DNA of 64,000 nucleotides, from NCBI GenBank assembly GCA_963805835.1, contig CAWDVX010000028.1, positions 1,378-65,377 of the forward strand, given 5' to 3'. A program made the translations under genes and the position numbers. Below the pieces are notes generated by a model. The model was not told the DNA's origin. It was given only the letters and a program-made list of their open reading frames with translations, and made no database searches. The stretch comes from an uncultured Actinomycetota bacterium. Its GTDB lineage: Bacteria; Actinomycetota; Actinomycetes; Mycobacteriales; Mycobacteriaceae. This document shows positions 10,728 through 20,933 of the stretch, one piece after another (positions within the stretch are counted from its first letter, which is position 1; the number at the start of each line of letters is the position of its first letter).

Positions 10728-11550
10728 CTAGCGCAGTTCGGCGATCACCTTGGCGAACTCTTCGCCGTGCTGCTGCTGCACGGTGATGTACGTGACGCCG
10801 TACTTGTCGCGTAAGCCTCGGATCGTGTCGGCGATGTCTTTCGGAGTGCCGGAGAACACCGCGGGTGTCGCGCAGCATCTCGTCCTCTGTCAGGTCGGGC
10901 AGGAAGCGTCGCACGAGCGACAAGTCGGGGACCCCCGAGTTGTCGGTGGGCAGGGCGATCACCGAGAGGTTGAGCTCCAGCTCGTCGAAGCGGTCGCCCG
11001 CGGCGTCGCGGATGAAGGCGACTCTGTCGGCGAGCGGATCGGCGTCCGGGCCTATCGGTGCCCCGCCGGTCAACCCGATGATGTTCGCCCGCTGCGCGGC
11101 CAGCGTGAGCAGTTTGTTGCCGTTGCCCGCGATGAGGATCGGCACGTCGGCGGCGTGCTGGTTCATGTGCTCGGTGACGTGACGCAGCCACTCGACGCGT
11201 TGACCCGCGGTCGGGTAAGGCAGCTCGGCCTGCTCGAACTCCTCCTTGACGTATCCCGCCCCGAGGCCGAGGTCGAAGCGACCGCCGCTGAGATCACGCA
11301 GCGATGTGACGTCACGGGCCAGCAGCGCGGGCCGGTAGAACCCGGCGTTGAGCACGAAGGTGCCGACGCGAAGCTTCTCGGTCGCCATGGCCATCGCCGT
11401 CATCATCGGGAACGGCGCCGTCGTATAGAGATGGTCGGCCATGTGGATGACGTCGTATCCCATGTCCTCCGCGCGGCGCGCCCAGTCCTGAACGGACTTC
11501 TGACGTCGCGCGGCCTGTAGCCCTACCCCGAACCGGAATTCTTTGACCAT
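10728..11550 (-). CDS. F420-dependent LLM-class oxidoreductase (frameshift ~10860)
   Basis: FRFGV, ARRAEDMGYD, ADHL, LSGGRFDLGLGAG, PILIAGNG; C-terminus continues in another frame. Confidence 0.85.
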
Positions 11551-11708
11551 CCGCTGATCGTAGAAGTTCGCCGGCGATGTTTAGGACGTGTCGGCCGCGG
11601 GCATCATTTGCGGCACCTACCAACTAAGGACTTGTCACCCCGATCCGGTCCGTCGTGAGCCCGTCTCCGACGGGCCGGATCAATTTTCAGACCCCTGATT
11701 TCAAGACT

Positions 11709-12810
11709 ATGGCCACTCACCCCACGATCGGCGTCGAAGAGGAATTTCTCCTCGTCGACCCGGACTCTGGCGATCCCGTCGCCCGCAATGAGGACGTCGC
11801 GCGGAACGCCGCTGCGCGTGGGGCGGAACTTCAGCTGGAGCTGACCAGTTGCCAGGTGGAGACCACCACCGAGGTCATCGGTGCCAGCCAGGATCTGCGC
11901 GAGCAGCTGCTGAGGTTGCGGCGCATCGCTGCGGAGGCCGCCGAGGCCGGCGGCGCCCGGCTGTTGGCTGTCGGGCTGCCGCCGACAGTGCCCCACGAGT
12001 TCCCGATCACCGACACCCCTCGCTACCGCGAGATCGCGGAGCGGTTCGGCATGATCGCGCACGAACAGGGCATCTGCGGCTGCCACGTGCACGTCGCGGT
12101 GCCCAGCCGCGAGGCCGCGATACGGGTCAGCAACCGGCTGCGGCCGTGGCTGCCGCTGCTTCTCGCGCTGACCGCCAATTCCGCGGTGTACCGCAACTCC
12201 GATACCGGCTACGCCAGCTGGCGAAGCGTGCTGTGGGCGCGCTGGCCCAGCGCAGGGCCGCCACCGCATTTCGATTCGATCGACGAATACGACGCCGTCG
12301 TTCGCATGCTCACCCACGCCGGCGCGATGCTCGATGACGGCATGGTCTATTGGGACGTCCGGCCGTCCGCCAACTTCCCGACCCTGGAGGTGCGAGTCGC
12401 CGACGTGCCCGCCACGGTGGCCGAAACGGTGCTGTTGGCCATGCTGATCCGTGGTGCCGTCATGACGGCCCTCGACGAGGAGCGGCGCGGTGATCGGACA
12501 CCGCCGCTGACGGCGCACGCGCTCTCCGCCGCGTACTGGAAGTCCGCCCGCGACGGCCTCGACGGCGATTCGCTCGATCTATGGCAGAGCCACGAGAGCG
12601 CGCCCACCCGAATCCTGCTGGGCCGCATGGTCGAACACATCAGGCCGGCGCTGGAAGCAGTAGGCGACTACGACGCGGTCAACGACGAACTCAACCGCAT
12701 CGCGCGAGCAAGGAAACGGTGCGATGCGACAACGACGGGCATGGCAGCAACGCCACGACGTCGCAGATGTGATCGCCGCCGCCGCTGCGGCCACCCTCGA
12801 AGGGACCTAG
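11709..12810 (+). CDS. YbdK-type carboxylate-amine (glutamate-cysteine) ligase (frameshift ~12710)
   Basis: TIGVEEEFLLVD, CGCHVHV, LALTANS, YWDVRPS, PTLEVRVAD. Confidence 0.9.
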
Positions 12811-13517
12811 ACCAGTGGCAGTGCCGCGAACGGTTCGGTGGTCGGTTGTGCTGAACCACCGGGGGGCTCGATGGTGAACGCCAGCGTGCTCGACCCGTCC
12901 AGATCCGGCAGCACCGCCGTCGTCGACGGCGCCACCGCCCCTGCATCCATCGTGCCCGCGGAATGTGGCCCGGCGTCGTTGATCAGCCACATCTGGTAGA
13001 CGGTGCCGGCCTCGGGAGGGGTGACATTGTTCATCACGAGCACGCCCGCGTTCTTCTCGCGGGAGAACACCACCGTCGCGATTCCGCCGCCGGGAATGTC
13101 TCCGGAAACAGTGCGCACATCCGGGGCGGCGAAGATCTGCTCTGCGGTCGACACGGTCGGTGCGGGTCGCAGTGCCAGCCCGACGCCGACCGCACCGAGT
13201 CCGATGACGACGGCGGCTGCGGCGGCCAGAATCGTCGCCCGGGAGGGCCGGGCCTTCCGCTGCAGCGGGACAACTGGGGCGCTGCCGATTTCGGCGAGCA
13301 CACGGTCGCGCAGTTCGTACGGAGGTTCGACGGCGGTGGCAGCCGAGATCACGGCCATGGTTTCGCGCACTGCGCGTACCTCGTCATCGAAGGCCCTCGC
13401 GACATCGGGCGGCGCGGCTGCGATACGTCGCTCGACGTCCGCGCGTTCGGCTTCGGGCATCGCGTGCAGCGCATACGGTGTCGCGAGAGCGGTCACGTCG
13501 TCTGTGGGTTGAGTCAT
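12807..13517 (-). CDS. rskA: Anti-sigma-K factor
   Basis: LATPYALHA N-terminus, single TM helix, VYQMWLI and LAFTIEPPGGSAQPT; directly downstream of sigK. Confidence 0.9.
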   Translation of the reverse strand: MTQPTDDVTALATPYALHAMPEAERADVERRIAAAPPDVARAFDDEVRAVRETMAVISAATAVEPPYELRDRVLAEIGSAPVVPLQRKARPSRATILAAAAAVVIGLGAVGVGLALRPAPTVSTAEQIFAAPDVRTVSGDIPGGGIATVVFSREKNAGVLVMNNVTPPEAGTVYQMWLINDAGPHSAGTMDAGAVAPSTTAVLPDLDGSSTLAFTIEPPGGSAQPTTEPFAALPLV

Positions 13518-14095
13518 GCGAGTCCCAAGCACCGGCGTAGTCCGCGGATGGCGTCGCGCATCCGCGATTTGATCGTGGCGAGGTTGGCCGACAGCCGCTC
13601 GGACACCTGGACGTAGGTCAGGCCGTCGTAGTACGCGAGCTGGATGGCCTCACGCTGAGTATCGGTCAGCGAGCCCAGGCAGTCCGTGACCTGGCGCCGC
13701 TCATCGCTGCGGATCACCGAATCGGCGACGTGGTCGGAGGGTGGCTCGACGTTGGCGGCGCCGTAGCGGGCATCACGCTGGCTGGCGGACTGCTCGGAGC
13801 GCACGCGGTCCACCGCTCGGCGATGTGCGATCGTCATGAGCCAGGACAACGGGGACCCGGCAGCGGGGTTGTATGTGTCAGCGCTTCGCCAAACCTGCAG
13901 GTAGATGTCCTGCGTGGTCTCCTCGCTGTAACCGGGATCACGCAATACACGCGTGACCAGGCCGAATACCCGCGCCCGGGTCTGGTCGTAGAAGGTCGCA
14001 AACGCGTCGACGTCCTGCCGAGCCACCCGGCGCAGCAGCTCGTCGAGGTCCGTGGTCACAAGCGGTAGCCTATCCACCGCCGCAATGGCAGTCAT
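13514..14095 (-). CDS. sigK: ECF sigma factor SigK
   Basis: RVLRDPGYSEETTQDIYLQVW, AHRRAVDRVRSEQ, LAYYDGLTY, TIKSRMRD; has the Cys pair typical of SigK. Confidence 0.93.
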   Translation of the reverse strand: MTAIAAVDRLPLVTTDLDELLRRVARQDVDAFATFYDQTRARVFGLVTRVLRDPGYSEETTQDIYLQVWRSADTYNPAAGSPLSWLMTIAHRRAVDRVRSEQSASQRDARYGAANVEPPSDHVADSVIRSDERRQVTDCLGSLTDTQREAIQLAYYDGLTYVQVSERLSANLATIKSRMRDAIRGLRRCLGLA

Positions 14096-14877
14096 GGGAT
14101 TCGCGATCTAGGCGGTCGCGGAACGAAAAACGAAGTACGGGAACGGTATTCATCGAACCCTTCGCGATCGGCCATATACTTCTCGGTCAGCCGGGCCCCA
14201 GTGGCGTACACCAGGAAGTACGACATCAGCACCGGGGACAACACGGTGGCGAATGACACCCAGCCTGCGATGCTCGCCAGCCACAGCCCCCACCACACGC
14301 ACGCGTCGCCGAAGTAGTTGGGATGCCTGGTCCACGCCCACAGTCCGCGGTCCATGATGACGCCCTTGTTGGCGGGGTCGGCCTTGAATCGGCGCAGCTG
14401 GTGGTCGCCGACGGCTTCGAACAACAACCCGAGTGCCCATACCGCGACACCGGTGATGAGCACGGGACGCAGGATGGCCGGCGTCGGCCCCAGGACCGCG
14501 GAGAGCTGCAGCGGCAGCGAAACGAACCACGTCGCCGCGGCTTGGATGAGGAACACCTTGCGGATCACATGACCCGCCGAAAAGTCGCCGCCCAGCAGGT
14601 CTCGATAGCGGGGGTCTTCTCCCTTGCCGGCCGACTTGACGATCATGTGCCAGGCCAGCCTCAGTCCCCATACCGCGACGAGCGCTAGCAGCAGGATTCG
14701 GCGGAACGGATCACCCGTGCCAACCGCGGCGGCGACGGCCGCCACAGCGACGAAACCCACGCCCCACGCGGCGTCGACGACGTTGTAGCGGCCGATCCGG
14801 CGGCCGATGAGGAACGTGGTGGTGTGAACCACAACGAGGATGGCCAGCGAGGCCACGGCGACGACTAGGAACTCCAT
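14092..14877 (-). CDS. DUF1295 / steroid 5-alpha-reductase-like membrane protein (Rv0446c-like)
   Basis: VDAAWG, GEDPRY, GLWAWTRHPNYFGD. Confidence 0.9.
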   Translation of the reverse strand: MEFLVVAVASLAILVVVHTTTFLIGRRIGRYNVVDAAWGVGFVAVAAVAAAVGTGDPFRRILLLALVAVWGLRLAWHMIVKSAGKGEDPRYRDLLGGDFSAGHVIRKVFLIQAAATWFVSLPLQLSAVLGPTPAILRPVLITGVAVWALGLLFEAVGDHQLRRFKADPANKGVIMDRGLWAWTRHPNYFGDACVWWGLWLASIAGWVSFATVLSPVLMSYFLVYATGARLTEKYMADREGFDEYRSRTSFFVPRPPRSRIP

Positions 14878-16148
14878 CGCCTTCGCCCTGACGGTGCGAA
14901 CGTCCACTGATAGACATCGAGATATCCGGACCGGAAGCCCGCCTCGGAGTAGGCCAGATACAGTTCCCACATCCGGTGGAAGACATCGTCGAAACCCAAC
15001 TCAGCCAGGGTATCCCGGCGTTCGACGAAACGCTCACGCCACACTCGCAACGTTTCGGCGTAGTGCGGTCGCAGCGACAACATGTCAACCGTGCGGAGTC
15101 GAGTATTGCTTTCGGTGAGCCCGATGATCGCCTCGACCGACGGCAGTAGCCCGCCGGGGAAGATGTACTTCTGAATCCACGTGTGGGTGTTGCGCGTGGC
15201 CATCATCCGGTCGTGCGGCATGGTGATGGCCTGAATCGCAACGCGGCCGTCGGGTGCGACCAGCCGATCCAGAGTCTGAAAGTACGTGGGCCAGAACCGA
15301 TATCCGACCGCCTCGACCATCTCTACCGACACCACCGCGTCATAGCTGCCCGTCACGTCGCGGTAGTCGCAAAGGTCGATCTCGACGCGGTCGGACAGGC
15401 CCGCTTCGGATACCCGCTGGCGGGCGAGTCGCTGCTGCTCGGCCGACAAAGTGACGGATCGGACGTGTGCCCCCCGCAGCGCGGCGCGGATGCACAACTC
15501 GCCCCAGCCGGTGCCGATCTCAAGCACCTTGCTGTCTGGCCCGACCCCCGCGGAGTCGAGGAGCCGATCGATCTTCCGGCGCTGCGCGTCGGCGAGGGTC
15601 GAGTCATCGGCGGGCAGGCCGTCGAAAAGTGCGCTGGAGTACGTCATGGTCTCGTCGAGGAACTCGGCGAACATGGCATTGGACAGGTCGTAGTGCTCGG
15701 CGATATTGCGGCGCGCCTGTCGCCGGCTATTGTGCTGCGACCGCGGCTGCCGTACCACGGCCAGCGGGCGGAATTGTTGCAGGACAGGGGGAATGAGCTC
15801 AGCCAATCGTTTTCCGAACTCCGTGAGCAGGCCCGCAATGTCGGTGGAACTCCAGTCGCCCGCCATATAGGACTCGCCGAAGCCGATGAGCCCGTAGCGA
15901 CCGACCCGGCGCACCATTGCCTCGGGCCGATGCACCACCATGGTCGGCAGCGTGGGATCGGCGGCACCGACCACGGTGCCGTCGGGATACACGACACGGA
16001 TTGGCAACCGAGCCGCCGCGCGGCGGAACAGCCGGTCTGCGATAGCTGCCGCTACGGCGCTTGCGGGACCGCCGGGTACCCGCGCGACGGCCGGCCATCT
16101 GTCGGAATCGATTGCAGACGACGAGGGTAGCGTCAGGTCGATGCTCAC
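14865..16148 (-). CDS. ufaA1: SAM-dependent cyclopropane-fatty-acyl synthase-family methyltransferase (Rv0447c-like)
   Basis: HYDLSN, TMTYSSA, VLEIGTGWG, SVEMVEAVG, YIFPGG, YLAYSEAGF. Confidence 0.88.
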   Translation of the reverse strand: MSIDLTLPSSSAIDSDRWPAVARVPGGPASAVAAAIADRLFRRAAARLPIRVVYPDGTVVGAADPTLPTMVVHRPEAMVRRVGRYGLIGFGESYMAGDWSSTDIAGLLTEFGKRLAELIPPVLQQFRPLAVVRQPRSQHNSRRQARRNIAEHYDLSNAMFAEFLDETMTYSSALFDGLPADDSTLADAQRRKIDRLLDSAGVGPDSKVLEIGTGWGELCIRAALRGAHVRSVTLSAEQQRLARQRVSEAGLSDRVEIDLCDYRDVTGSYDAVVSVEMVEAVGYRFWPTYFQTLDRLVAPDGRVAIQAITMPHDRMMATRNTHTWIQKYIFPGGLLPSVEAIIGLTESNTRLRTVDMLSLRPHYAETLRVWRERFVERRDTLAELGFDDVFHRMWELYLAYSEAGFRSGYLDVYQWTFAPSGRRRWSS

Positions 16149-16891
16149 GTCTGGTTGACTCTTTCTTTTTCGATGGACGTGCGCGGTACGACGGGAACCC
16201 GTCGCAGCCACAGGGTGATTCCTTGGATCCGAATTCCGATCGAGCCCATCAACGGCGCGAGCGGGGCCACCAGTTGCAGCCGCAGGATCTCGGCGATGCC
16301 TGCGCGCCGCCGGTTTCCGCGCATGGTGACGACGAACGCCGGCTGGTTCTCGCGGTGCAGCGAGATCCGCACGTCGAGGTTCGCGTCGGGCCGAGGAGCG
16401 GTCACCAGGTAGTAGCCGTCCACTGCGTTGAAGGGTGAGACGTACAGCTTTTTCATGACGATCGTGGGGTGCTCGCCGTCGGGTGGGAGTAGGTACGCGT
16501 GGCGCCCGCCATAGGTGTTGTGTACCTCGGCGATGATGTGCCGGAGGATCCCGTTCGCATCGTGACACCAATAAAGGCTGATGGGGTTGAACACGTATCC
16601 GAGAACTCGGGCCTGTAAAAGGGCGGTGATGCGGCCGCCGCGCAAGTCGACGCCGCGGTCGGCGAGAAACGCGTCGATGCGTTGCCGCAGTGTGCTGTTC
16701 GGACCGTCGGCCTTGTCGGCCTCGAAGTGGTCGGCCGCATCGAACCGGGCGAACGGCCGCAGCCATCGGGGCAATTCTGGCAACTCGTCCACGTCGACGT
16801 ACCAGCTGTACCCGCGATGCTCGAAATAATGGTGCACCGGGGCTCGACGCAGATGGGTTATTCGCGTGCGGTAGATGGCGGGTGTCAGCAT
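16145..16891 (-). CDS. DUF1365 family protein (Rv0448c-like)
   Basis: RVLGYVFNPISLYWC, AEVHNTYGGRHAY, KLYVSPF. Confidence 0.9.
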   Translation of the reverse strand: MLTPAIYRTRITHLRRAPVHHYFEHRGYSWYVDVDELPELPRWLRPFARFDAADHFEADKADGPNSTLRQRIDAFLADRGVDLRGGRITALLQARVLGYVFNPISLYWCHDANGILRHIIAEVHNTYGGRHAYLLPPDGEHPTIVMKKLYVSPFNAVDGYYLVTAPRPDANLDVRISLHRENQPAFVVTMRGNRRRAGIAEILRLQLVAPLAPLMGSIGIRIQGITLWLRRVPVVPRTSIEKERVNQT

Positions 16892-18183
16892 GGCACTGTC
16901 TCCAGTGCGACGGCCGGCCATTCGGCCCCGAGACGTTGCGCCGCCCGCAATCCGGAGGCCGCGCCGTCTTCGTGGAAACCCCAGCCGTGGTAGGCGCCTG
17001 CGAACACCACGCGGTCGTCGTCCAGGGTGGGTAAAAGCCGTTGGGCGGCAACAGAGGTCGGCGTGTATACCGGATGGCTGTAGGTCATTTCGGTGATCAC
17101 GGTGGCGGGGTCGACGCGGTCCTCCCCCCCGAGCGTCACCAGGAAACGGACGTCGCCGCCCAGCCGCATCAACCGGGTGACGTCATAGGTGACGAGCACC
17201 TGCTGGTCGTCGGAGGTGGCCAGGTAGTTCCAGGACGCACGTGCGCGACGATGCGTGGGCAGCACCGATTCGTCGGTGTGAAGCTGCGCGTGGTTGGTGC
17301 TGTATCCGATGGCGCCCAGCACGGATCGCTCGGCGGACGTCGGCTCGGCGAGCATCAGCAGCGCCTGGTCGGGGTGCGTGGCGATGACTGCGGCGTCGAA
17401 TAGTCGCGGTCCGGATCTCCCGGCTGACACCTCGATGCCGTCGGGCACCCGCCGCACCGAGTGCACTGCCGCGCCGAGGCACACCTCGTCGATGACATTG
17501 GCCACCGCGTCGACATACGTGGCAGATCCGCCGACGACCGTACGCCAGGTCGGGGAATTGAAGACGGAGAGCATGCCGTGGTGTTCGAGAAATACGAACA
17601 GATAGCGCGCCGGATACTGCAGTGACTGACCCGGCGGAGATGACCAGACCGCGGCGACGAGGGGCGTCATGAAGTAGTCGATGAAGTACTGCGAGAAACC
17701 GTGCCGAGCAAGGAATTCGCCGACGGTCTCACAGTCCGCGTCACCCTCGAGGAGGCGCAGTGCCGCCCGGTGGAACCGCTTGACCTCGGCCAGCATCAGC
17801 AGGTAGCGGGGACGGGACAGCGACGACCAGGACGGGAACAGCCCGCCGATCCCGCGGGCGCCCGCGTACTCGAGCCCACTCGCGTCGTCGCGGACCGACA
17901 TCGACATGTCGGTTTCCCGGGTCTCGATACCGAGTTCGTCGAACAGCCGGCACAGTGTCGGGTAGGTGCGGTCGTTGTGTACGAGGAACGCCGAGTCGAC
18001 ACCGACGGTGTCGCCGTCCTGGTCGAGCTGGATCTGGTGGGTGTGGGCGTGCCCGCCGAGCCGGCTGTCGGCCTCGTACAGGGTCACCCGGTCGCGAAGT
18101 GCCAGGACATACGCGGCGACCAGGCCTGATACGCCGCTGCCGATGACAGCGACGGAGCGTTGGCGGGGATGCATGCGTTCCAC
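16885..18183 (-). CDS. FAD-dependent oxidoreductase, amine-oxidase family (Rv0449c-like)
   Basis: VIGSGVSGL, RLGGHAHT, YSHPVY, GAYHGWGFHEDG. Confidence 0.9.
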   Translation of the reverse strand: MERMHPRQRSVAVIGSGVSGLVAAYVLALRDRVTLYEADSRLGGHAHTHQIQLDQDGDTVGVDSAFLVHNDRTYPTLCRLFDELGIETRETDMSMSVRDDASGLEYAGARGIGGLFPSWSSLSRPRYLLMLAEVKRFHRAALRLLEGDADCETVGEFLARHGFSQYFIDYFMTPLVAAVWSSPPGQSLQYPARYLFVFLEHHGMLSVFNSPTWRTVVGGSATYVDAVANVIDEVCLGAAVHSVRRVPDGIEVSAGRSGPRLFDAAVIATHPDQALLMLAEPTSAERSVLGAIGYSTNHAQLHTDESVLPTHRRARASWNYLATSDDQQVLVTYDVTRLMRLGGDVRFLVTLGGEDRVDPATVITEMTYSHPVYTPTSVAAQRLLPTLDDDRVVFAGAYHGWGFHEDGAASGLRAAQRLGAEWPAVALETVPC

Positions 18184-18190
18184 ATCCCCT

Positions 18191-18217
18191 ATTCGGAGCT
18201 GTGGGAACCCCGGATGG
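18191..18217 (-). promoter_or_regulatory. SigK-dependent promoter
   Basis: Minus strand CCATCC-N15-CCGAAT, the known SigK consensus, just upstream of the Rv0449c-like start. Confidence 0.85.
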
Positions 18218-18219
18218 CA

Positions 18220-19296
18220 CTAGTTCCTAGGCAGTTCCCATGGCAGTTCCCATGAACGCGCAGTTGCGGCCAGACCCTGCACCAATGCCGAGGTCGCGGG
18301 GGAGATGCCGTCGTCGCCGGGCAGTTGGCTGCGCGGGCTGATGCCGCGCACCCGAGGAGTGAGTTCGAGTTGTGTACCGCCCCCGCGCATGCGGTTCACC
18401 GGGTTGTCCGGGTGCAGGCCCCGCAGTTCCTGCGGGATCGCGCCGATTTCGGTGACGACCTGGTAACCGGGCACCTGGACATGCTGCGCGAGGTGTTCGG
18501 CCAGCGCGCGGTTGCGGCCACCGGCGAGCAATTGCGTGCTCCGGCCGATGCGGCCGTACCCGTGCAGCGACACCGCGACATCGACATGCTGGAGAAACTC
18601 GGCGAGCCGTTCGGACTCCGCGGCGCGATAGCGCGCCGAGGGCAGGTGGTGGCCGTAGTGGTCGGGATGGCGAACCACATACAGTGACGCGTCCGCCGCA
18701 TCGGCGGCGCGCTCGGCGATCACGTCGGTCATCTGCTCCAGGCCGCCGCCGTGGATCGCCATGAATCCGAACCGAGAGCGTAGCGCCATCTCTTCGGTGA
18801 TTCCAGGGTCGGCCAACAGCTCCGAAAGTGACTGTGGTGCGGGTGAACTCGGCTCAGCCGTGCTTCCCGGCCACTGTGCGGGATCCCATCGCCGCAGGAA
18901 GTCGATCCATCGCTGCGGGAGACCGTGGTGCAGCGCGCCGTCGACGATGCGCTCGAGGTAGCCCGGCCGCGGCGGTCCGGGTTCGACGCGGTGATCGATG
19001 TAGACCCACGCCCTCGACGGGCCGTCCTCGGTGTGCACGGTGAGCCGGTCCCTGCGATACCGCACCGGTACGCCCTCTGCGCTGTCGAGGGTGGCGAGGT
19101 CGTGGTCGGTCAACTGCCACAGCACGCCGTGCACCTGCGAGCCGTCGAACGGTTCGACGGTCGCCACGCCCCGCTCATTGATCAGCCAGTCGTGGTCGGC
19201 CAGCGTCGCGGGCCGCGGGTCGATTGCGCCTGGACACCGCCGCGCCATCTGCCGAACGCACAGGTTCGACCCGTAGGCGAAGTAGGTGTGCCGCAT
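18220..19296 (-). CDS. Gamma-glutamylcyclotransferase-like domain fused to a poly-gamma-glutamate hydrolase-like domain
   Basis: N-terminal YFAYGSNL...LDSAEGV..Y.R; C-terminal AIHGGGLEQMT, SLHGY, LRGLHPDNPVN, GTQLELT. Confidence 0.8.
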   Translation of the reverse strand: MRHTYFAYGSNLCVRQMARRCPGAIDPRPATLADHDWLINERGVATVEPFDGSQVHGVLWQLTDHDLATLDSAEGVPVRYRRDRLTVHTEDGPSRAWVYIDHRVEPGPPRPGYLERIVDGALHHGLPQRWIDFLRRWDPAQWPGSTAEPSSPAPQSLSELLADPGITEEMALRSRFGFMAIHGGGLEQMTDVIAERAADAADASLYVVRHPDHYGHHLPSARYRAAESERLAEFLQHVDVAVSLHGYGRIGRSTQLLAGGRNRALAEHLAQHVQVPGYQVVTEIGAIPQELRGLHPDNPVNRMRGGGTQLELTPRVRGISPRSQLPGDDGISPATSALVQGLAATARSWELPWELPRN

Positions 19297-20532
19297 TCAG
19301 CCCTTCACCGTCAGATAGATGAGCACCACGTTCAGCACACTAATCAACGCGGCGACAAACCATCCGAGAGCGGTGGTCATCCGATGGTTGGTGTCGTCGC
19401 CCATCAGCCCGCGGTCGCTGGTCAAACGCACCAGCGGGATCAGCGCGAACGGGATTCCGAAGGACAGTACGACCTGGGACAGCACCAGCGCGCGGCTCGG
19501 GTCGACGCCTATCGCCAAGATCGCCAGAGCGGGCACCAGGGTGATCAGCCGCCGCGCCACCATCGGAATCGACACCTGCAGCAGGCCCGACATGATCATC
19601 GCGCCCGCATATGCACCCACCGACGACGACGCGAGACCCGATGCGAGCAGGCCGATCGCGAACAACAACGCAACCGTCGGGCCCAAAGTGTTGCCGACCG
19701 CGGCATGCGCACCCTCGATCGAACCCGTGTCGTCGCGCTCCTGCAGGTTGGTCGCCGCGACGAGCAGCATCGAGAGGTTGACGGCGCCCGCGACCACCAT
19801 CGCGATCCCCACGTCCCAGCGGGTGACACGCAGCAGCATGCGCCGCATCGGGCCGGGTTCGGGGTGGCCGTGGCGGTCGCGCGCGAGGCCGGAGTGCAGG
19901 TATACCGCGTGTGGCATCACGGTCGCGCCGAGCATCGCTGCCGCGATCAGCACGCTCTCTGTGCCTGCGAACCTCGGCACAAGACCGGCGGCGACCTCGT
20001 CTGCCGGTGGCGGCGAGACGAACAAGCTGGTGAGGAAACCGATCGCGATGACCAGCAACAGGCCGGTGATGACGCGCTCGAACATCTGCTGACCCCGGCG
20101 GTCCTTGACCACCAACAGCAGCAGCGATACGGCCCCAGTGATCACGCCGCCGGCGATCAGGGGGAGATCGAAGAGCAGGTACAACGCGATCGCACCACCG
20201 ATCACCTCGGCGAGATCTGTTGCCATCGCGACCAATTCGGCCTGCAGCCAATAGGCCAGCCGGGTCGGGCGTCGCGTCTTGTTGCCGACGGCTTCGGGCA
20301 GCGACATTCCGCTGACCAGACCCAGCTTCGCCGACAGGTACTGCACCAGACAGGCCATCGTGTTGGCGACCACGATGACCCACACCAGCAGGAAGCCGAA
20401 CTGCGTGCCGGCGCTGACGTTGGCTGCGACATTGCCGGGGTCGACGTATGCGGTAGCGGCGACGAACGCCGGACCGAGCAGAATCCAGCTCGGCCGCAGT
20501 TTGACGTCAGCGCGCTGCGACAACCAACCCAC
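19297..20532 (-). CDS. mntH: Nramp-family Mn2+/H+ symporter
   Basis: AYVDPGN, GATVMPHAVYLHS, SQVVLSFGIPFAL. Confidence 0.93.
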   Translation of the reverse strand: MGWLSQRADVKLRPSWILLGPAFVAATAYVDPGNVAANVSAGTQFGFLLVWVIVVANTMACLVQYLSAKLGLVSGMSLPEAVGNKTRRPTRLAYWLQAELVAMATDLAEVIGGAIALYLLFDLPLIAGGVITGAVSLLLLVVKDRRGQQMFERVITGLLLVIAIGFLTSLFVSPPPADEVAAGLVPRFAGTESVLIAAAMLGATVMPHAVYLHSGLARDRHGHPEPGPMRRMLLRVTRWDVGIAMVVAGAVNLSMLLVAATNLQERDDTGSIEGAHAAVGNTLGPTVALLFAIGLLASGLASSSVGAYAGAMIMSGLLQVSIPMVARRLITLVPALAILAIGVDPSRALVLSQVVLSFGIPFALIPLVRLTSDRGLMGDDTNHRMTTALGWFVAALISVLNVVLIYLTVKG

Positions 20533-20555
20533 CTTCTATCGGGCTCGCGAATAGA

Positions 20556-20575
20556 AAAGTTAGGTTAGCCGAAAC
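20556..20575. promoter_or_regulatory. Putative MntR/SirR (DtxR-family) operator
   Basis: aaagttaggttagccgaaac, an imperfect palindrome resembling DtxR/SirR boxes, ~25 bp upstream of mntH. Confidence 0.55.
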
Positions 20576-20604
20576 CTCCGGAAGCGTGAACTACCGGGGC
20601 CTCA

Positions 20605-20844
20605 TCAGTCGAAGCCGCCGATTCCGATGACCAGGCCGCCGCCCCAGTAGGGCCAGCCGCCGTAATTATTGTTCGGTTGGGGTGAGGTGACGATTTGAGC
20701 GCTGCCGTTGGTTTGACACTGCGTCGTGGTCGGGCCGATGTTGACACATTCGGGCGCGGCGGCGGCGACCGGTGCGAGGACGACGAACGCACATGCGCCC
20801 CCCGTCGCGAAAAATGTTGCGGTAAAACGCTTTCTTGACCGCAT
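20605..20844 (-). CDS. Small secreted two-Cys protein
   Basis: Signal peptide ending AAA-AP, then ECVNIGPTTTQCQTNGSAQI. Confidence 0.7.
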   Translation of the reverse strand: MRSRKRFTATFFATGGACAFVVLAPVAAAAPECVNIGPTTTQCQTNGSAQIVTSPQPNNNYGGWPYWGGGLVIGIGGFD

Positions 20845-20933
20845 TGGGGGCCTCCTTCGGCCAGCGCGGTGAATGCCCCACCTACGCAGAGCCCTGCGAA
20901 GCGCGGCCTCCTAGGCCGTGACGACTCTCCCGA

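Noticed and set aside
14865-17051. 728-aa ORF as a fusion protein
   Set aside because: Only 14865-16148 is the methyltransferase; the upstream part overlaps DUF1365 in another frame.
18229-18252. 12-bp duplication giving WELPWELP at a C-terminus
   Set aside because: Trivial local duplication with no evident function.
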